64,000 nucleotides of DNA from positions 2,026,251 to 2,090,250 of the forward strand of contig MU054757.1 of the NCBI GenBank assembly GCA_013239625.1. The letters run 5' to 3'. The notes under the pieces were generated by a model that made no database searches, was not told the origin of the DNA, and saw nothing but the letters and a program-made list of their open reading frames with translations. The stretch comes from Lama guanicoe. Lineage: Eukaryota. The translations under genes and the position numbers were made by a program. Of the stretch, positions 62,801-64,000 are shown piece by piece (the first letter of the stretch is position 1; the number at the start of each line of letters is the position of its first letter).

Positions 62801-63444
62801 TAACTAAGATGGAGCAGGTTACCATGCAGTGGAGAAAAAATACAAGGACATCAACCTCGCGGCTAATTCAGAGGTAGGGCTTTATTTTTCAAATAAAAGG
62901 GTTTTTGAAGTAAGGAGAAGGCAGTCTGAGGAGAAGCACAGAGACCCTGTCTCCTAACCAGCCATGTCCCACAAAGACGCGGCACCGCCGCTCTGTATTG
63001 TAGGGGACAAAGAGGGCGGGTAGCTTGTGATGCATGATTTCTTTATTCCTGAGCTTTGAACTTGAATAGTAAACGTGGGAAGCAAATGTGTATTTCCATG
63101 CTTCCTGCTGGGTGCTCAGTAAATATTTAATGATTAAAAAAACCAGTCACGTTTTAAAGTGTGGGCTTCAGGGTCAGGGAGAACACGGTTTGAGTACTGG
63201 CTTTATCATTCATTCGCTGGTATCCGTTACTTTGACTCATTTTCCGTTTCCTCAGAGTCGTCGAAGCATAACAACATGCAACTGCCAGGATTATTGTGAG
63301 GGTTAAGTGGGGAAATGCCTACAGTAGTGCCAGCCATGCGACAAATATTCAATGCAGTATACTTGGTGTCCCATGTAACATCATTTTAGAAAAAACAAAT
63401 TGGGATCTTCTGCTGCAAACCGCAGCTACTACAAGCTAACACTT

Positions 63445-63630
63445 AGTAACAATGCCAGCTCTGGTCTAAGTGATTCACTAACGTGAGTTCATTTAACCCG
63501 CGCAAGCCGTAGACAGGAACCATGACTAGCCTTATTTTCCAGGGGGCACAAAGACTCAGAGTGACATCAAAGGAGTTGCCCAAGGTCGCACAGCTGGAAG
63601 GTGGCAGAAGCAGGATTCGGTGGCTGGCCA
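63445..63630. mobile_element. MIR SINE (another MIR at ~63150-63350)
   Basis: ttcatttaacc...ttgcccaaggtcgcacagct...gtggcagaagcaggattcg. Confidence 0.75.
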
Positions 63631-63673
63631 TCCAACTGTGCCAACCGGCTATTTGGACAGAACCTCCCGATGT

Positions 63674-63687
63674 CCACTAGGGGGAGC
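63674..63687 (+). promoter_or_regulatory. CTCF core motif
   Basis: CCACTAGGGGGAGC, one mismatch to CCACTAGGGGGCGC. Confidence 0.5.
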
Positions 63688-63774
63688 AAAGCTCTTTCTT
63701 ATCCTCATACAAACCAGATGCCAACATTTGCCTAGAGGTGGAGAGGGCGGAGGGAAGGGAAAAAAAGAAAAAAC

Positions 63775-64000
63775 TTCTCCTCTACCCGCTTAAGTTAATT
63801 GCCTGGGGCCTATAAATTAAACTGACAAAAGACAGTTTGACAAGAGAAAAAGGTTTATTTCCTATGCATACAGGAACCAACAAAAGAAGTATCTGGCTCC
63901 TTAAATGGGTAAAGTTAAAGATTTACATACCCAACCTAGCAGGGAAAAGGGATGGGGGAGGAACAGCTTCTGTGGGAAAAACAAATAGGTTTATTTAAGA
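63775..64000. mobile_element. Possible ERV1-derived sequence, cut by the window end
   Basis: aattaaactgacaaaagacag...aagagaaaaaggtttattt resembles ERV1-class repeats. Weak recognition only. Confidence 0.35.

Noticed and set aside
62073-62803. 168-aa and 113-aa ORFs downstream of the gene
   Set aside because: They lie in a GC-enriched L2 relic where stops are rare, and show no recognisable domain or splice structure.
59700-64000. Exons of neighbouring genes (HCCS downstream; AMELX nested)
   Set aside because: No matching peptides seen. AMELX lies in ARHGAP6 intron 1, upstream of this window, and HCCS is probably beyond the right end.
1-64000. CRISPR arrays, operons or prokaryotic defence systems
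   Set aside because: The sequence is spliced mammalian DNA with no repeat-spacer arrays. The remaining short ORFs are intronic noise.

Overview
Mammalian genomic DNA with four N-gaps. It contains the 3' two-thirds of ARHGAP6 (RhoGAP6, X-linked in eutherians) on the + strand. Eleven GT-AG coding exons (exons 3-13 by human numbering, 1169-58348) splice in frame and encode the RhoGAP domain, including the arginine finger GIFRVGS, and the C-terminal ...DALPETLV*. The 3'UTR is about 1.3 kb with AATAAA at 59641. tRNA-Ala(AGC)-derived SINEs and the young L1 3' ends suggest a camelid (inference). The introns hold the usual eutherian repeats: L1, L2, MIR, MLT1, LTR16-like, an ERV1-like LTR and MER DNA transposons. 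I see no evidence for a wholly new gene system. The most interesting signals are (i) a 90-nt stop-containing cassette exon in intron 10 that the ORF track misses, (ii) an apparent ~38-codon in-frame deletion in the last exon, (iii) a CpG-rich L2-derived patch 3' of the gene with abutting ZNF143 and YY1 motifs, (iv) an intronic RBPJ/CCAAT/E-box cluster, (v) divergently oriented CTCF motifs around the 3' end and (vi) one TSD-bounded L1 block with two 3' ends. Comparisons to human proteins and repeat family names come from memory and need alignment to confirm.
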